A stretch of DNA of 64,000 nt from assembly GCA_002633005.1 (NCBI GenBank), contig NMRA01000003.1, forward strand, positions 666,696 through 730,695, read 5' to 3'. This stretch comes from Phoronis australis. Its lineage: Eukaryota > Animalia > Phoronida. Below the pieces are notes generated by a model, which saw only the letters and a list, made by a program, of their open reading frames with translations, did no database searches and was not told where the DNA came from. Shown here piece by piece: positions 1-15,900 of the stretch (its first letter is position 1; each line of letters starts with the position of its first letter). The position numbers and the translations under genes are program-made.

Positions 1-838
1 ATTAACCATAATATCCGATAAAATGACCACTGACAGTGAATGCTTACACACCCTTACACCGAAAAATAACTGTCACGTACGCATCCAGCCACACGGCGAC
101 TAATATGGGCCTTACCGAGACAAATGTCGAATGTTTTTAGCACATGAGACCGGCAAGTGCTGAATGAAACATGCTCTGGTTTAGGCCTACTGCTTGTGCA
201 AATTTCTTTACTACACATCTAGTAGCTCGTTAAATTGCGTGGCTCTGGCCAAAAGACAGTCTCTGCTCTGGCAAATGAACTCTGGTGACACGCACGCACT
301 CGCTTACTCAATGCAGACAAACTTCAAAACAAACGTCACGTGACAACAACATGTGTGTTCGTCCAGACATTTTTCTCATGTTGCCGATCATACATTTAGA
401 TGGCATGATGTAGCACAGATTTGTACTTAAACCTGCTGTTACTCCTGACTTCATGGGAACTTAAAAATCTTAGGGGCGCTACTTGGAAAACTTAAGGAGG
501 ATTTCAGGTAATTTGCTAGAGTCAAAACTGTATTTTCATTCAAGCATTCAAGTCGCCATATCGACGATTGCGAGGGAGTCAGTCGGCCAGTTTTCGCCCT
601 GGGCACAATTTTCTGTAAAATGATGGTAATTTAGCAGCAAAGTTTGATAGCAATGCACCACGGTTTTGTAGTAAGTCTTTCATAGATTACACACACATCA
701 CATAGCGTAAATGTGATGGATCTTAGCTTCCGATTTCACCGGTTTCGGAGACCGGGTTTCAATGGCCTTGAATTATAAGCGCCCCCCCGAAACAAACTTT
801 TCTAAGCGCCCTGGGCAGTTATTACGGCGAATACGGTA
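1..838. mobile_element. Right end of a probable Tc1/mariner (pogo-like) non-autonomous DNA transposon
   Basis: Terminus ...AAGCGCCC...GGGCAGTTATTACGGCGAATACGG|TA is typical of TA-flanked CCGTA-type TIRs; the left TIR is not seen in the window, so the extent is uncertain. Confidence 0.5.
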
Positions 839-987
839 ATTCAACAAACATTGAACACTGAGTGTGAAAAATGTTCACTTCCCTCTTTGGCTATTGCTGT
901 TAAAATTGTTAATAGAATAATTGTTTCTAATATGCTGTATACTGATGGGCTATCAAAATGAAATCACTATCATCTATAGCGACTTAC

Positions 988-3900
988 TCTAAATTCACTT
1001 CCGGTAAATGCATTGATAGCCTTTTTCAACTTAAGTTGATAGTCTGGTGAGATGAAGAAGTAGGTCATGTCATCAGTAAAGCCAGGTTGGGGAATTAGCT
1101 CCACTTTAACAATATCCTTGAATGGACTCTGGAACAAAACATTATAACAGAGTAACACAAATCAACCTTTACAAAATAATACAAAATTTCTTTGGTCACT
1201 TGAAAATTAACTTAATATACATTACAGCTAAGTACACGTTCAAAATCATCCAAAAATAACAAAAAGTCACTGAAAATGATTTATGTGAGAAAGTTGAAAT
1301 GGCCAAAAAGCTACTCTTACATTTTTATCTTGGTCTGTGACGTTTATTTGTGTGACAAAGTGGTCTGCAGTTGCTGCTGATGGAACTTGACTGATTGATC
1401 CTGTAGTAACCACAGGAGGGTGAAGGTTACGGTTGACATTGACGGTGTAGGTGGCAGTAGCGGTCAGAGGTTGAGGGCCACCATCTTGGATGAACAACAC
1501 AACCTGTAATAGATGAACAATGGACTACCTGTGTAACGAAGTGTGTTTGAGTGGTGATAAACTTAAAATTAATGAAATTCATTGATTGCCAACTACATAG
1601 CAATGCTTTAAGGAATCAAAATCTAGGAACTTGTTTCAGTCAGATGACTGTAGAAATACAGCACATTGATTAGTTACAATCTCCTGAATTCTTCAAATGG
1701 AGCAAAGGTGTCCAGCATGCTGAGAATCAGAGCGATCTGCGATTTTTCAGGAAATCGCCGTTTTGTAGGACATTGCATTTAACAACACCATATACTGGCC
1801 TCGTGTATTTTCTAATGAGTTTTCCATATAGATTATGGCCATGGTAAAAACACTCACATTATATTTTGTTGCACGATCAGTACCAAGATCACGGATAAGT
1901 CGCACTTTGCGGCTAGCACAGTTGAAGTCAAAGAAGGCACTGGCTTGGTCATTCCCAATAACTGTTGGACATGTGACTGTGTTGAATGGAGCCTGCAACA
2001 AAGTATGTAAAGAGTAATGAACGCTGCAGAGGATAGCTACCAGTTGACCAATCTTCCTCAAGGGAACCACATCTGAGAAGACAGGTCTTGCCAAAAAAAG
2101 AACTACAGAATGAAGTACCAGCTATTTCATTCAAATTTGCTGTCACATTTTAACATCTTGTCATGCGTTGTCAATCTGGTTGCACTCGCCCTAATCCCCG
2201 ATGATCCTCATATAACATACAATATCTGACATCGATTACCAGGATTAGAGCATACGGCAGCAATTTCCCATGACTTCAAAACGATATGTTCTAATTTGTA
2301 AAGGATTCACAAATAAAAAAACACTGTAGCAGAGATAAATAAGATGCACTAAATAATGGGCAACAGTCCAATGTAACGTGCCCATATTTTGGGAACCAAT
2401 TTGATGCCTGTTACTCAGTGGAGAAAACTGGTTCTCAAAATTCGGGCACATTATATCTAACCATTGCCAAATAATAAATCTCTTCTACATAGCTGTAGAC
2501 ACACCAGCCAGTTTTGGCTATCTGGAAAGACAACATCATTTAACGGCAGCTACAATCAAACAAAGTTGTTACATTATCTACCTAGTCCTATCAAATGTCA
2601 TGAACAAGCCTCAAAATTTAAGGCCATTATTTTTATCATTCACTAAACATACATCAACGTCTGTGTCCGAAGTGGTAATTTGCAACTGATCCAAATCAGT
2701 GTTAGTGGCACGAGTCTCCAAAACGGTGGTCTCCCCAGAGATTGGGGAAAATGTGGGAGTTCTCAAGTTGCGGCCCACATTAACTGTGACCGTGGCTGTA
2801 TTGGCAGACGACAATCCTCCACTGTCTTTGGCAATAACATTCAGCTAAAATGAGTACAAACAAATGGTGAGACCAGGACCATAATAATCTATTGGAGATT
2901 CATAATTTAAAATAGTAAACACATCTGACAAAAAATTACCAGTCACATCATTCAGTCAATTATATTGGGAAGTTCAATATACAGGCTAATAAATACAGGA
3001 GATTAAGTACGAACATGAACTTAATAATAACTCGCTGGATTTTTTATGATTGCGAATAAAATATCTTGACATAAAAGAAAAAGAACACGCCGCGACACTA
3101 GATGTTGACAACTGATTGCAAGCATAGAGTAGAGATAAATTGAATGCATTCTACCTGGTACTGCGAAACTGTTAGTCTGTCAGGGTCCATGTAGAGAGAT
3201 TTTTTGACATAAATTTTCCCGTCCGGGAAGACACCAAAGTATTCTTTTGCCTTCGTATTACCACTCAGCTCATACGTAACAGCATTGAAAGGAGGCTAAA
3301 AACAAAATAAATTCATACATTAATATTTCATTTACAATTCAAACAAGCCTTTTTCATTCAATTGAGTTTAGAAATATGTCATTGTGAATCACTGTTTGCC
3401 TGTCCCTCTACAACAATGCATTCAATAATAGAGAGTAACGTTAGCATAAGGCCAGCATCTCGCATGCAAACATAAGACACAGTGCCACAGCTTGGTAATT
3501 TACCATACTTTTCACTTGTTACACACATAGTAACAGAGAGTCAGTAAAAAAAAAACTGTCTCCAAGATAACCATAAATTTGTATTTTAGGCAAAGGCAAC
3601 ATAAAAAACAATTGCTTTTCTGTTAAGTCGAGCTTGCATTTAAAAGTCAAACTCCGCAAATTTCTCTGGTTGATGTTAAGGCAAAATGGTTAATAAGAAA
3701 TGTGATATCCTTTAAAGCTTGGATGTGTTTGGGTTGCTTAGACATCACTCAGTGCTGAGACAGAGTCTTGTCACTGTAGTTGCTCAGCTGAAATTTTCAT
3801 AACAGACATTGTAGGCGTCGACTGCCAGATTTGGTTCTCAAAAGGAGAATGATAGCAATGCATAAACGGAATGCATAATGTATGCAGTGATGCATAAATC

Positions 3901-6900
3901 TGATACATCAGGTCAATGCCTAAGAATCATCGATTAAACTCAAATCAGGGGCCAGGGTCCAATCTCTGTTCTTGTAACTTGACTCAAAAATTGACCACTA
4001 GCAGGGCATGCTTAAAAAAATTACAAATTGGTCGTCGAGTCACGAAGTGTCCGAGTCTGAGTCGAGCATGGGTTCGGAGATTAAACCCTGGACTCAGGGG
4101 TCATAGTGAAAACTTTTCATTACATCATTACTTACAGGGTCAGAGTCGGTGGCAGTCACCGTCTTAATTGTAGCGTAGAGAGCTTGATTCTCCAGTATTC
4201 TGATCGTCTCTTGAGTGGTGGCGAATGAGGGTGGCGAGATGTTGGAGTTAACTCGAACACGAACCAGCGTAGTATCCTTTTTATATGGTGTTCCACCATC
4301 CCGAGCCTCAATTGTCAGCTGTAACACAAAGCATTCTCTCCTACAGGTGCAGTTGATAGCTAAAGCAACATCACTTTCGCAAATTTGTTTAGACGGCTGT
4401 AACCATACAGATCAACGAACCATCCATCAGATGCTAAGAAAACATAGAGAGTCAATTGTTTAATTTCAAGTCATAGAAAATAGCAGATGACGTAAACTGC
4501 ATATTAATACCATACAAGGAAAAGTAAGTACTTTAAAAAATGAACAAACTTTGCAATGCAACTTGCTTTTTACACTCAGATAACATAAATCTGCACGTGA
4601 TGCTTGGTACATAATCTGATGAAAAAGTCCATTGCACGTAATACTACCATACTGTCTGGTAGAATTCCTTTACACATAATATGATGATAGCAACTCTGGG
4701 TTGGTCTCAAACAACTTTACCTCATATTCAGCATCAGGTTGCTGAGGCAAAGTACTCTTCAAGAACACTTTTCCATTGGCACCATCCACACGGAAGTAGG
4801 TCACAGCTTTAGATGAACCAATTAGGTGATACGACACATCTCCAAATGGTGACTGCAAACAATATGTGAATGTGATAGAAAACATGCTCAAGTCAAAATG
4901 AGCAGATATATTACCATCATTCAAGCTACGTTATTGCTTTAATAATCGCCACATTTCTAAGGAAATATATCAAAGGAACACGCCAGTGTTACTGGTCAAA
5001 GATCCTTGCACCATGCAGTGGTACAATGTAAACAAACCAAGATGACGAAATCAGATGACAATATTCAAATGCCCTAATTTACCCTAAGCTTGTATTTAAA
5101 TACTCCGCTGACATGTCAATTCATTGTTTATACGTGTCATTGCTCGCACGCTTCGGAAATTAGTGAAAATCTCTGCAGTACTGACCTTTGTATCAGCATC
5201 AGTAGCAAGTACAGTTGTAAGTGAATTGACAAAGTCTGAGTGATCACGAGCGATGTTCACTGTAGCATACGGCTCATTCTGAAAGATCGGTGGATTAAGG
5301 TTCCTGACCACGTTCACCGTCACTAGCTGTTGTGAGGAGGCACGACCACCACCGTCTACGGCTCTCACGTTGAACTGGAAGAGATGAGCGAAACAAGATG
5401 TGAACGCAAACTACAAATGACGGATAGTAATAGTCGCCGCGGTAACGTGGGCAGGTGGTATCAAAAAACATAGCATGTCCAACATGGTTATACATGGTAG
5501 AGTATACACTAGGCATGCACTAGTTCAGCACTAGGTATGAAGTAGTAATGTATACACAAACTGTCTACTAGCAGCGTATACACTTAGTTAAAGGATAGAA
5601 AGTGACTAGAGTTCTCACCACAAGAATTTTACAACAACCCACAGAAGGAGACGAAAAGTCTCCGAGTTACTAGGAATATACGTAAATATTCAGCCCAGCA
5701 GACAAGTGTCATTCTCAATATAGTATGAAGTTACTGGATGGCTCATGACCTACATTTAGTTAAAGGTGAAAGGATATCAAATGACTTTAGTGTAACTCTT
5801 GAATAACCAAACCTGCTCAAACTATTTTGCACAAAATGACTTCCAAAATTGCCATTTCATATCAAATGTGGCCCAAAATACAATATAGCGACGTAACATA
5901 CCGTGTATGGTGTAACCGTGAGACCGTTGACAGAAGACTGAAGCTTGATATCTCCACTCGTAGCATCAATATAGAATGGAACATTAGGAGTGACCATTTC
6001 ATATTTTACACTGTTGTACGGCGTCTACAATAAATATACAAAGACATGTTATAGGGCTACAAGAAAATATCAATCACTTGTCCTTTTGCAAGATAAAAAT
6101 TCTCACGTACAGGTATTTGGATTTACTATTAAAGTATAACTGTTTCATAAAAACAATAAAAGTTACTGTTATACAGAATGGTTGCTATTCCCCTTAAAGT
6201 TATAAAGTTGTGGTAGAGGTAGAATTCTACAAAAACAATATTATACAAACCATAATAATTATAATAATAACTACAATAACAACAACAATACTAATTCCAG
6301 CTTTTCAAATTCATTTTTAAAGCCTGGCACAGAGAGTTGAACTAAAGCCATGACAATAGTCCTAGGCTTTGTATAGGCCAATTAGCTTTCATGATCGACA
6401 TTTGTCCCAAATGATTGATAAATGATATGTGAGTCGTTACCAGAGATGAAAAGGAGACTGAGGTAGGCGATATAAGGTCATTTATTATGACTAATACAAT
6501 TACAAGTAAATATGGTGAATATTGATAAGTAAAATAAAAAATCGTGCCCAGAGAGTTGAAGTACCCCCCAACACATAAGAAACCTTTGTGACATGCATGT
6601 TCTGCACGTATAAATAACAGATTTAAAAAACGATATGTTATGTGCAATGGCAACAAAAAATAAAGACTCTCGTACAATTTTAGACAATATCTTAATATCG
6701 AAGTGCTAATAAAATCCACAAGGGATGACAGTGACTTAAACAAAGCTAGTGTCCCCCCTTAAGGTAGGGGGCCCTTCAATGACGGTGTAGATTCAAATGA
6801 AATTGAGAATAACTACACCAAGGGTGTTGAGATCAGTGGCTGACTACGACATGGAATGGAACCCACACCACGACAGTTGTGTACCTAGCATGCTAAAGGG

Positions 6901-9900
6901 CACTATTGGTTTTACGGCCAAAACTACACTTTAGGTATTATTGCTGGATAGGGTAGACTTTTTGAAGTAATCAGTTTTGATCAGAGCCATAATAACATAC
7001 AACATGCTTTTGTAATGTTATTATAAATCCCAATTCTCACCGTTGACTGCCAGACATTTGCTCAAATCAAGGACAGTGACTTTATCAATTGACTAAATAC
7101 ACTCTGCTATTCATCGAGTGCCATTCAGCTCATAAATTGCAAATGTGAAAGTTTGCATTTCGAGTCAGTGCGAGGGCTGATTTCACATCATCATTTTTTA
7201 GCCTATCATGTCAATTTAACCACTAATTGGCTACTGAGCACCCACAACCTTTAATCTCTAAACTGGTCCTTACCCTCAAATCACCATCAGTAGCTTGAAC
7301 TTTGACCCCAATCAAACTGTTAACAGGCAGCGTTTCCATGATTTCCGTCACATAGTTAGTAGATGGGCCGGTTATCACAGGCTCTTTAAGGTTGCGGTTC
7401 ACGTTGACCGTAACAGTCGCAGTATCCTTCAGACCTCCACCATCAGTAGCCACAACAACCACCTGAGAATCAAAGTTGATGGAGTTACAGTATCCTCATT
7501 TGGAGATTATAACAACAGTGTTTCTATGATTTTTGTATGTTTCTTTCTGCTCACATTTCTATTGCATGAACAATGTCACCAAATATCGAACACAATTAAA
7601 AAGAAAATCACATGTTCTTAATTTCATGAGAAGCAATGAAGCCATTAGTAACTAGAAGCAAAATAATTAATGAAACCAGGAGGCAAGAATTTGTCCAAAA
7701 GTTGGATGCTATCCATTCCCCAACGTAAACATTCAGTGTAGCGATAAGCTTCTAGAAAATCTTACGTAATTTGGTAAGCACATATGCAACACAAAAACAT
7801 AATTGCTACTTGCGGTCAAATCACTAGCAAATCTGTCCGAAAGAGGGCAGGTATAATTCACACCTTATTGGATACCTGTCTGACAAATTTCATGGAAGCC
7901 CATACAGGGATTTGGAAGAAATTTATTAAAAAGAAAAAAATAAAACTGTCACTAGGGGGCAAGTCGAAAGTCAGATACGATGGAAAATGCACTTCAGATG
8001 CGTTTTTACAGGAACAAATGTGAGATTTTGTGGTGTTATTTGCAGGGATTTGCTGTCAAATATCAGATACCAAAAAACAGACTCGAAAACAGTAAAAATG
8101 GCCACCAGGTGGTGCCAAATACCTGAAATCCGTTCGAAAATGGGAGGATGGCATCATCTCATTAATAGATGCCTAACTGCCAAATTTTATGAAAATCCGT
8201 CGAGGACCTACGAAGATACAGAGTTAAGCGTAAAAAACTAAAATTGTCACTAAGGTGCACACCAGTAGTTAGAGAGGTCCGAAATTCGTTGTCGTCCGTC
8301 GTCAGCTTCACAGGAGCACACCTGCCAAATCTCATCAAGATCCTGTGAGGGGTTTAGGAGATACAGCTGTGGACGCTGGACGCCTGGACGCCCAGACAGA
8401 GATGACGGCAATATGGGACCACATATACATATGTGGGCTCATAAAAATTAACATCAAACTGGACGCTGTAATTCAGCAGTATTAAGACCTCATGACTAGA
8501 GGCATTACCTTATACTGGGTAGTGGCATCCTGACTGAGATCTCTGGCTAGTGTTATGGCACCACTCTTAGGGTCATCGAGTTTGAAGTACTGAACAGCAA
8601 CCCCCTCTCCAGAGATGGCATAGGTCACCTTATCATAGGGATCCTGAAGAAGACAGTTGTAGTGCAGACACTTGTAACTTAAAAGTAATGACCAGTCATT
8701 TAAGTAAAAGTGCTTTGAATTAATGTAGTTACTAGTAAGCATGGATTATATCATTTTAACTACAAAAATATTGTAGAACTATGTCCACAATTACTACCGT
8801 AGAACTATGTCGGTTGAAAATGAAAGTTAGCAAACATAAGAATTGGGCATCAACTAATTGTACAGTTATCACCTAGACCATAATTTGGCACATGTGCCTA
8901 TGTGCAGAGAATTTAATATTTGTGTAATTTGTTCCACGCTGGTTACTGCTATACGAGGATTTTCAACGCAATGCACTTTAAGAATCATGGCATAGTCTAG
9001 TCCATAAATAGGCACGTGCACTCAATTTCAGGGCAGCCAAAGAATAACTAAGGGTCACCTGGCCGTCTGTACTAAAATAATTAGTGACCCACACATTTGT
9101 CTGTAACTTTACTATATCCCTCACCTTAGTATCCGGGTCAGTGGCCAATACAGTAATGACTGGTGAGTTAGCTGTATTCTCACGGGTCATGGTGACTGGA
9201 CTGTAATTGGGGAATACCGGCGGACGGTTACGGATCACTGTTATTTCTATGGTCGCCGTATTTGTGGCCGTCTTCACATCTGGCTCTCCTTTGTCAGAGA
9301 CTTTGGCAAAGAACTATAGAGGAAGAGACATAACAAACTCATATTACAATACACTGAAGTCATCACCAGTTTTCCTATTAGTGTGTTATAACACCTAGTA
9401 ACAAAACACAGAATAACTTACAGCTAAAATGTAATAAGTTTATTATTGCACCTGTTTGAATTATTCGCTATTTCTCAATGTGATCATTAGACAAAGTATA
9501 CATTTCACTCAGTTTTAGAATAATAGGCACTTTGTTTAAACATAAAATTTGAAGACAATATAATTGTGAGGCGAGAGATGATTGATAAGTCATGATGCAT
9601 GCAATGCATATCACAGTGTGGGAAGGCAATGGCCAAGTTGTGAAGAACTAGGTTGAATCAAGCAAAACTGGCATTTGAGATGTGGTACTTAAGGTGATGT
9701 ACCAAACCTCACTTGAGTGACTTTTGCTTCTTTGAAAGTCCATCTCCTAGGTCAAAAGACCGAAGAGCCTGTATTTGAAGGAAGCTGTCAAGGAGTATTG
9801 ATGATAGTGATGCCCATCTTGATAGGGTTTGCCTTTCAAACATTTTTGGCAAAAAGTCAAAGTTTAGAAAATTGCATGTTGAACACTTGCTGATAAAAAT

Positions 9901-12900
9901 AGTTATGTTACCCTAGACTCAAATTCTGAATAGATATCACAATTTGTTGAAACAAATTACAGTAACAAGAGAAAAAACTTACTCTGAAGAAATTGGTCGT
10001 CTGACCAACTAAGTTAATTTTGTTGTAGACTTTACCATCAGAAGTGATATCAAATGCACTCGTGGCTGCTGTATTTAGTGGATCAGCAAAGGAGTAGACC
10101 AGCGAATTGTGTGGAGCCTGTAAATAGCAAAAAGGAACCAATCACACCATTAGTGACATTAAAATAATTACCATTATAGTAATTATAACACAAGAGATTA
10201 ATGATGTAATCTCATTGTATCAGTGCGAGAACAATATTGACATAAACCTACAGCTGATACCAGCTTCCAAGCATTACCATACCTAAGACATCTCAGAACA
10301 TCAGACCGTTAAAATCTGGCCCGATGTTTCCAAGAAATGACTTAGTATGTCAATTACGCCTTGGAATTTTGAAAACTAATCAAATTCACTATAAACTATG
10401 TTCTGATGTAAAAAAAAAACATAATTTTTTCGAGTACATATTTGCTGCTCCAAAACGTAATGTCCTTATCTTTTGTTAGAATCAAAACTGGTTATGACTA
10501 TTTCCTGAAATTCCCCTGACAACCAAATTGACTTGGTGACTGAAACTAATCTACCATGGGCCTAATCAGAAGCAGTAACGAACTCCCAGTTTTTCTCAAG
10601 CTAGAAGTCATTCTTTTTTAGGGAACAAGATGACACTGATTTTATAACAACAAGAGGTCTAAAACAAAAAAGGCAAAGTTCATTGCTAATTCAGGATCAC
10701 TCGATACTTCCACTACCCCTCAAAAAGAGAGACGTTTTTAAAGATATTTTCTATACTCTCCAATGCGATTCAGAATGGGCATTTCTGCACACATCTTGGG
10801 CTCTGCTATTCCGAATCCATGGGCGTAATAAAACAATTGTCTTCTACTTTCACTGACCTTGCATGTCAACCGATGTAATAGCACCCATGACTTACACCCA
10901 TCCCCAAAATCCAAAGCCACAATGCGGACTAGTTACCCCCCACCCCCAAAACGCAATGCTCCCATACGTCACCTTAGTATCGGCATCTGTAGCTAAGAGC
11001 TGGACAATTGTATCACCAATCGTGTGACTTTCAAGTATTTCTTCTTGATAAAGTGTCTTTGTCCATGTGGGAGTTGCACTATTTCGGTCAATTATGACAG
11101 TGACAGTAGCCGTGGAGACCCTAGGGGTTACACCATTGTCGCTCGCCACAATACGTAGCTGAAAGGAAAGATTTATGGGTAATGTTTCACTGTAATAAGA
11201 ATTATAAACATCCAACATTTATGAGGCTCAAGAATAACAATAAGCAAGAAACCATTTCAAGAAATAGAAGTTTGTAAACAAAAAAGACTTAGTAAATTTA
11301 TAAAGAAAAAACACAAACAATGTTTATTTTGTTAATTAACATGTATGCTTCTTAATAATATTAAAAACAAATCAATATCTCAAACTTCAATGAAATGAGA
11401 ACTCTTAAGTTTGACTAGAGATGATTACACATACAATATGCTTTGTATCCGTGTGAGTAGTCAGGTCACTCTTTACTGTGATCTCAGCAGTTCCGTCGTT
11501 GTTCGTATCAGCCACAGAGAAGTATGTAGGACCCAGGTTATCACCAGTCAGAGTGTATTTCAGAACATTGAATGGCGGCTGGAAGTGAAACAACATCATG
11601 ACTAAGGCTGTTATGTAACAATACACAGTGGCTAGGTTGCATTCACTTGTGAACACTCCGAAACATAAATTTAAAATAAACACAAAGACGTCTTGAATCA
11701 AGCAGGGCAGAAACCTTCGTCACTTTCCATACTTAGGCTCAACGAACAATTGCTTGGAATTTGGTGGGCTGGTGGACATTGCATCAAATGATACAAAGAC
11801 GATGAGACTGGTCAAAATAAAACTGAACATTTGTTGAAATTTTTGAGACTAAACCTAACCAAAAATTTATCCAGGAAAAAGTGGATGCTCGGCTCGATGT
11901 TAAAATGGCATCCATTCCTTTACATAGACGCGACTCAATCACATGTGTCTAGTCCCTTCATGTATATTCCAGGAATAGATAAGACGAATCCAATGTAACA
12001 CAACAAGCTGGTTAGAAACAGTCCCAGTTACCTGGTCGGCATCAGTAGCTTTAACAGTTCCAACCAAACTGTTGACGGCTTGAGTTTCAGGAATTCTGAA
12101 CAACTTGTTGGTGTCACCGCCAAAGTCCGGAGCAAACTTGTTGCGCTGAAGATTAAATGTTACTGTGGCATTTTGTAGAGCAGGTAGTGATGTTGGAGTC
12201 CCTCTATCCCTGGCTGAAATGGTGATCTGTAAGAATAAATTAAAACACATTATATTTATAAACAGGTATTACAAGAATGCAATTCAGCTTTAATGGTATG
12301 TCAAACTGTCAAACTATGAACAGCAACTACAAGTAATTTATATGTATCATCAAAGTTGGTAGACCACGGTGTGTATTTGAAATGTAGATGTTAGGCAAAA
12401 TCTATTTTTACTCAATCCGATATGCAAGTAATTTTTGTACTATAATAGTAACTTTCCAAATTTAGACAATCCTGCAGCTTCCTCCACTGAATCTTGGGCA
12501 TAAAACTGGTTCTCAAGTCATCTGCAACTCCTGTGACTAGACATGACGTTTCCTGTCATTGGTTTAGTCAAACGTAAGCACTATTTTCCACCATTTCTTA
12601 ATAATTGTGGTTGTATTTTATAAAAATGATTTCATAACAAAAATCATTGCACTTGAAAAAGCAGTGTTGTTATTTACTTAATAAAGGGCTTACCTGTATC
12701 TGATTAACACTGGACGGTAACCCATCAAGAGCTTTGACCAGGGATACATCCCCTGTGTTCTCGTTCACGTAGAAGTAGTTGGAGTAGGTGCTAGGGTTAA
12801 GACTGTACGACACGACATTGTGGGGAGCATACTTGTCCTTATCGGTAGCAGTAACAGTCTCCACTACGTCGCCTATACCCGTGTTCTCAGGTAATGTCTT

Positions 12901-15900
12901 AACGTAGCCTAAGGGGTTAAACTCGGGGTTTTGTAGATTTTTGTTGATCTTTACTTCTACATAAGTGATGCTAGCTTTGGAAGGCACACCGTTGTCATAG
13001 GCTCTAATCTGGAGCTGAAGATAAAGGATAATTTCAATTAAAAGTTGCCACAACCAAAACAAGAATTGTGTGCCAGGATCTATCGTAATTTATTTTTCTT
13101 AAGTCAAATTAAACAAATGGCAACATTTTGAAGTAAATGTAAATATCAATGTTTGCAAATAACACTGAAGCATAATTTCATTTACAAAAGACCCGACTGT
13201 GAAAGGCATTATAGATCTATTATTGAAACAAAGCCCCAGCCATACACCACAGATCATAACTTCTCTTACCACAAATGACGCATCAGGACTCTGGTCGATA
13301 TCTTTCTTTACTGTCACCAGACCATTGTTTGGGTTAATTTGGAAGTATTCACGTGCTTGGTTGTCACCAATTAGTTCATATTTCACGACATTAAAAGTTG
13401 TCTGTAAATAAACATTTTCACAGTCACAACATTGACATCAGTCTGTATGTAAATAACAACTTTGACTTACACTGTGAAAATGTAAGATCATTGGATTCAT
13501 TAAGTTTACAAAACCCCATTGATTGATTGATAAAACCACTTTGTGAGAGCCTGCAAGTTGAGTTATTAAGTGCACGATATACAAAAAGGAGGAGGCAGTG
13601 TGGCCTAGTGGGGTAAGTGTCCACTCCCTTTACTTAAGGTCATGGTTCCCAACGGGGCACACTACTAGACCCTTCTGAGCTCTGTTTAATCTACAAATTA
13701 ATAAAGCATAAAAACAGTTCCAGGCAATTGGTGCACTGGGCCCACCTGAGCAGCTTGCACATGTCTGGTATGAAGTGTACCAGACCGTCTGGTATGATGT
13801 GTACCAGACCGTCTGGTATGATGTGTACCAGACCGTCTGGTATGATGTGTACCAGACCGTCTGGTATGATGTGTACCAGACCGTCTGGTATGATGTGTAC
13901 CAGACCGCCTGCAATTATTTTATAATTTATACAGTAGCTGGTAATGGTTTCAGTCATTGATGTCCTTTTCCCAGGACACAAGATGCCAAATTATCAAGGG
14001 TACAGTTTGTTGTGACAAGTATCAAATAGTCCACAAATTCTGGTGAGGTTTTTCTCTCCACTCTAGCTCCATACGCTTTTAATTAGTCATTGAGAATTAG
14101 CTAAACATGGTTCATTAGAAAAAACAAAATCAATACATACGTCATCATCTCTTGCACTCGCAACAAACACAGTTTCACCAGCTTTCAAGGTTTCGTCAAT
14201 GGTTTTGTCGTATGGCAAGTTCTGAAACTCTGGAGCCTTGTTGTTTCGAGTAACAGTGACAGTGATAGTGGCTGTTTCAGTTGACTCACAGAAACCATCA
14301 CTTGCTTTCAATGACAACTGCAAATGATGAACAACAAAAAATTGTTTTGCCAAGTCCCAAGTTATACATGGTGAGACAAAGTAATTTTTCAATATTCCAC
14401 TCATTTAATGTTTAATTTTGAGCATCAAACTCGACGTTCATGATTTGCTACAAGTTTAGGAATTCCTGCAATACTTTTTATCAAATGATCAATGATCAGC
14501 ATAAAATAAAGTTGAATGACTCGGAAATCCTAGGCTGAGTTCTGGTTACGCTTGTGGCAAAAAATCTTTGCTTACGAAACATAACAAACGACTTTTATTC
14601 CAAATTGATGAATTGCATCCCATAATTCAATGTTCAAACCTCACAGACCAATTCCTTTCAGAGGACGCAACTTTGCTAGATAACATTAATAAGGTCTTGA
14701 GCACAGAAAATAGTTGATTGGCTTACCGTATATGACAGCTGAGTGGCTCCAACCAATCCTCTTCTCAGAAATATCTTGTTCCTATCGACAACTTGGAAAA
14801 ATTGTTGCGCTGTTGCATCCCCTTTAATAACTAGAGTTGCTACATTGTAAGGCACCTGTAAAGGGTGTGAAAGTGGGAAATTATAATTGCATCATTTGCA
14901 TACTAGGTGTAACTAAACTAAAGAAGATACCGAGTTGATGAGGAAGTCACCTTGGATACAATTTTCCTAAATTGCTACAAAATAAAACTAAACAACTAAA
15001 AACATCAGTTTCATTTCTTGGTTATAGTCCCATATTTTCCATCAATAAAACTACCCATCAGAATCATCTCATTTGTTCAGTGCTAGAGTGACGATTTGAT
15101 CAGTGACTAATGTGAATATTTGAACATCGGTAATGTGACTATCAGTGCAAGGGTGACAAATTATTCAATAGTAGAGCAAAATTTTCTTCAGTAATATTGT
15201 GACAATTTGTCCAGTGGTAGTGTGACGATTTCTGAATTGAAACGTACCCCAAAATTTTTGGAGGATGTTTCTACAGGACTACACTGAGTGCTTTAACATT
15301 TAGGGCAAACTTTGTCCCAGTGATCTAAAACACTGTGAGATCACAGTTATAGTTGAAAGGAAACAAGTTTCAAAAACACTATACAGGAAATGTATTGATG
15401 AGACAAATGTTCTGTTTCATTCATTATAAAGACTCATTTTGACAGCATTCTAAGAACTGTCTAGGTCTTGAAAGTTAGACGCCCTCAGTCAATGAACACA
15501 TAATGTCTTGTGGTAGCATAGACGCTCTTGGTCAATGAACACATAATGTCTTGTGGTAGCATAGACTCCCTTGGTCAATGAACACATAATGTCTTGTGGT
15601 AGCATTTACACTCTTCTACACAGTTCTTTCATAATAATGCCTTTTTAAAAATCATTCACACAAAAAAATTCTTAATCCAGAAAATTTTTCTAACAAAATT
15701 GATTTGCTTATGAACCCTTATGAGCAAAAACATTTAAGAATATCCAGAACCACAGAGTTGATGGTGTAACTTGATAATACCAACCTTATCATCGTTATCA
15801 ACTATGCCAAGACTAGTGACCTCTTGAGACAGTGGGTGGGTCTCCAAAATGTTTACAGTCCTGGCGTAGTTTGGAGCCCCCGGGGACTGAATGGTGGGAC

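Noticed and set aside
13630-13981. Four overlapping repeat-peptide ORFs
   Set aside because: Produced by a 24-bp stop-free tandem unit inside a SINE.
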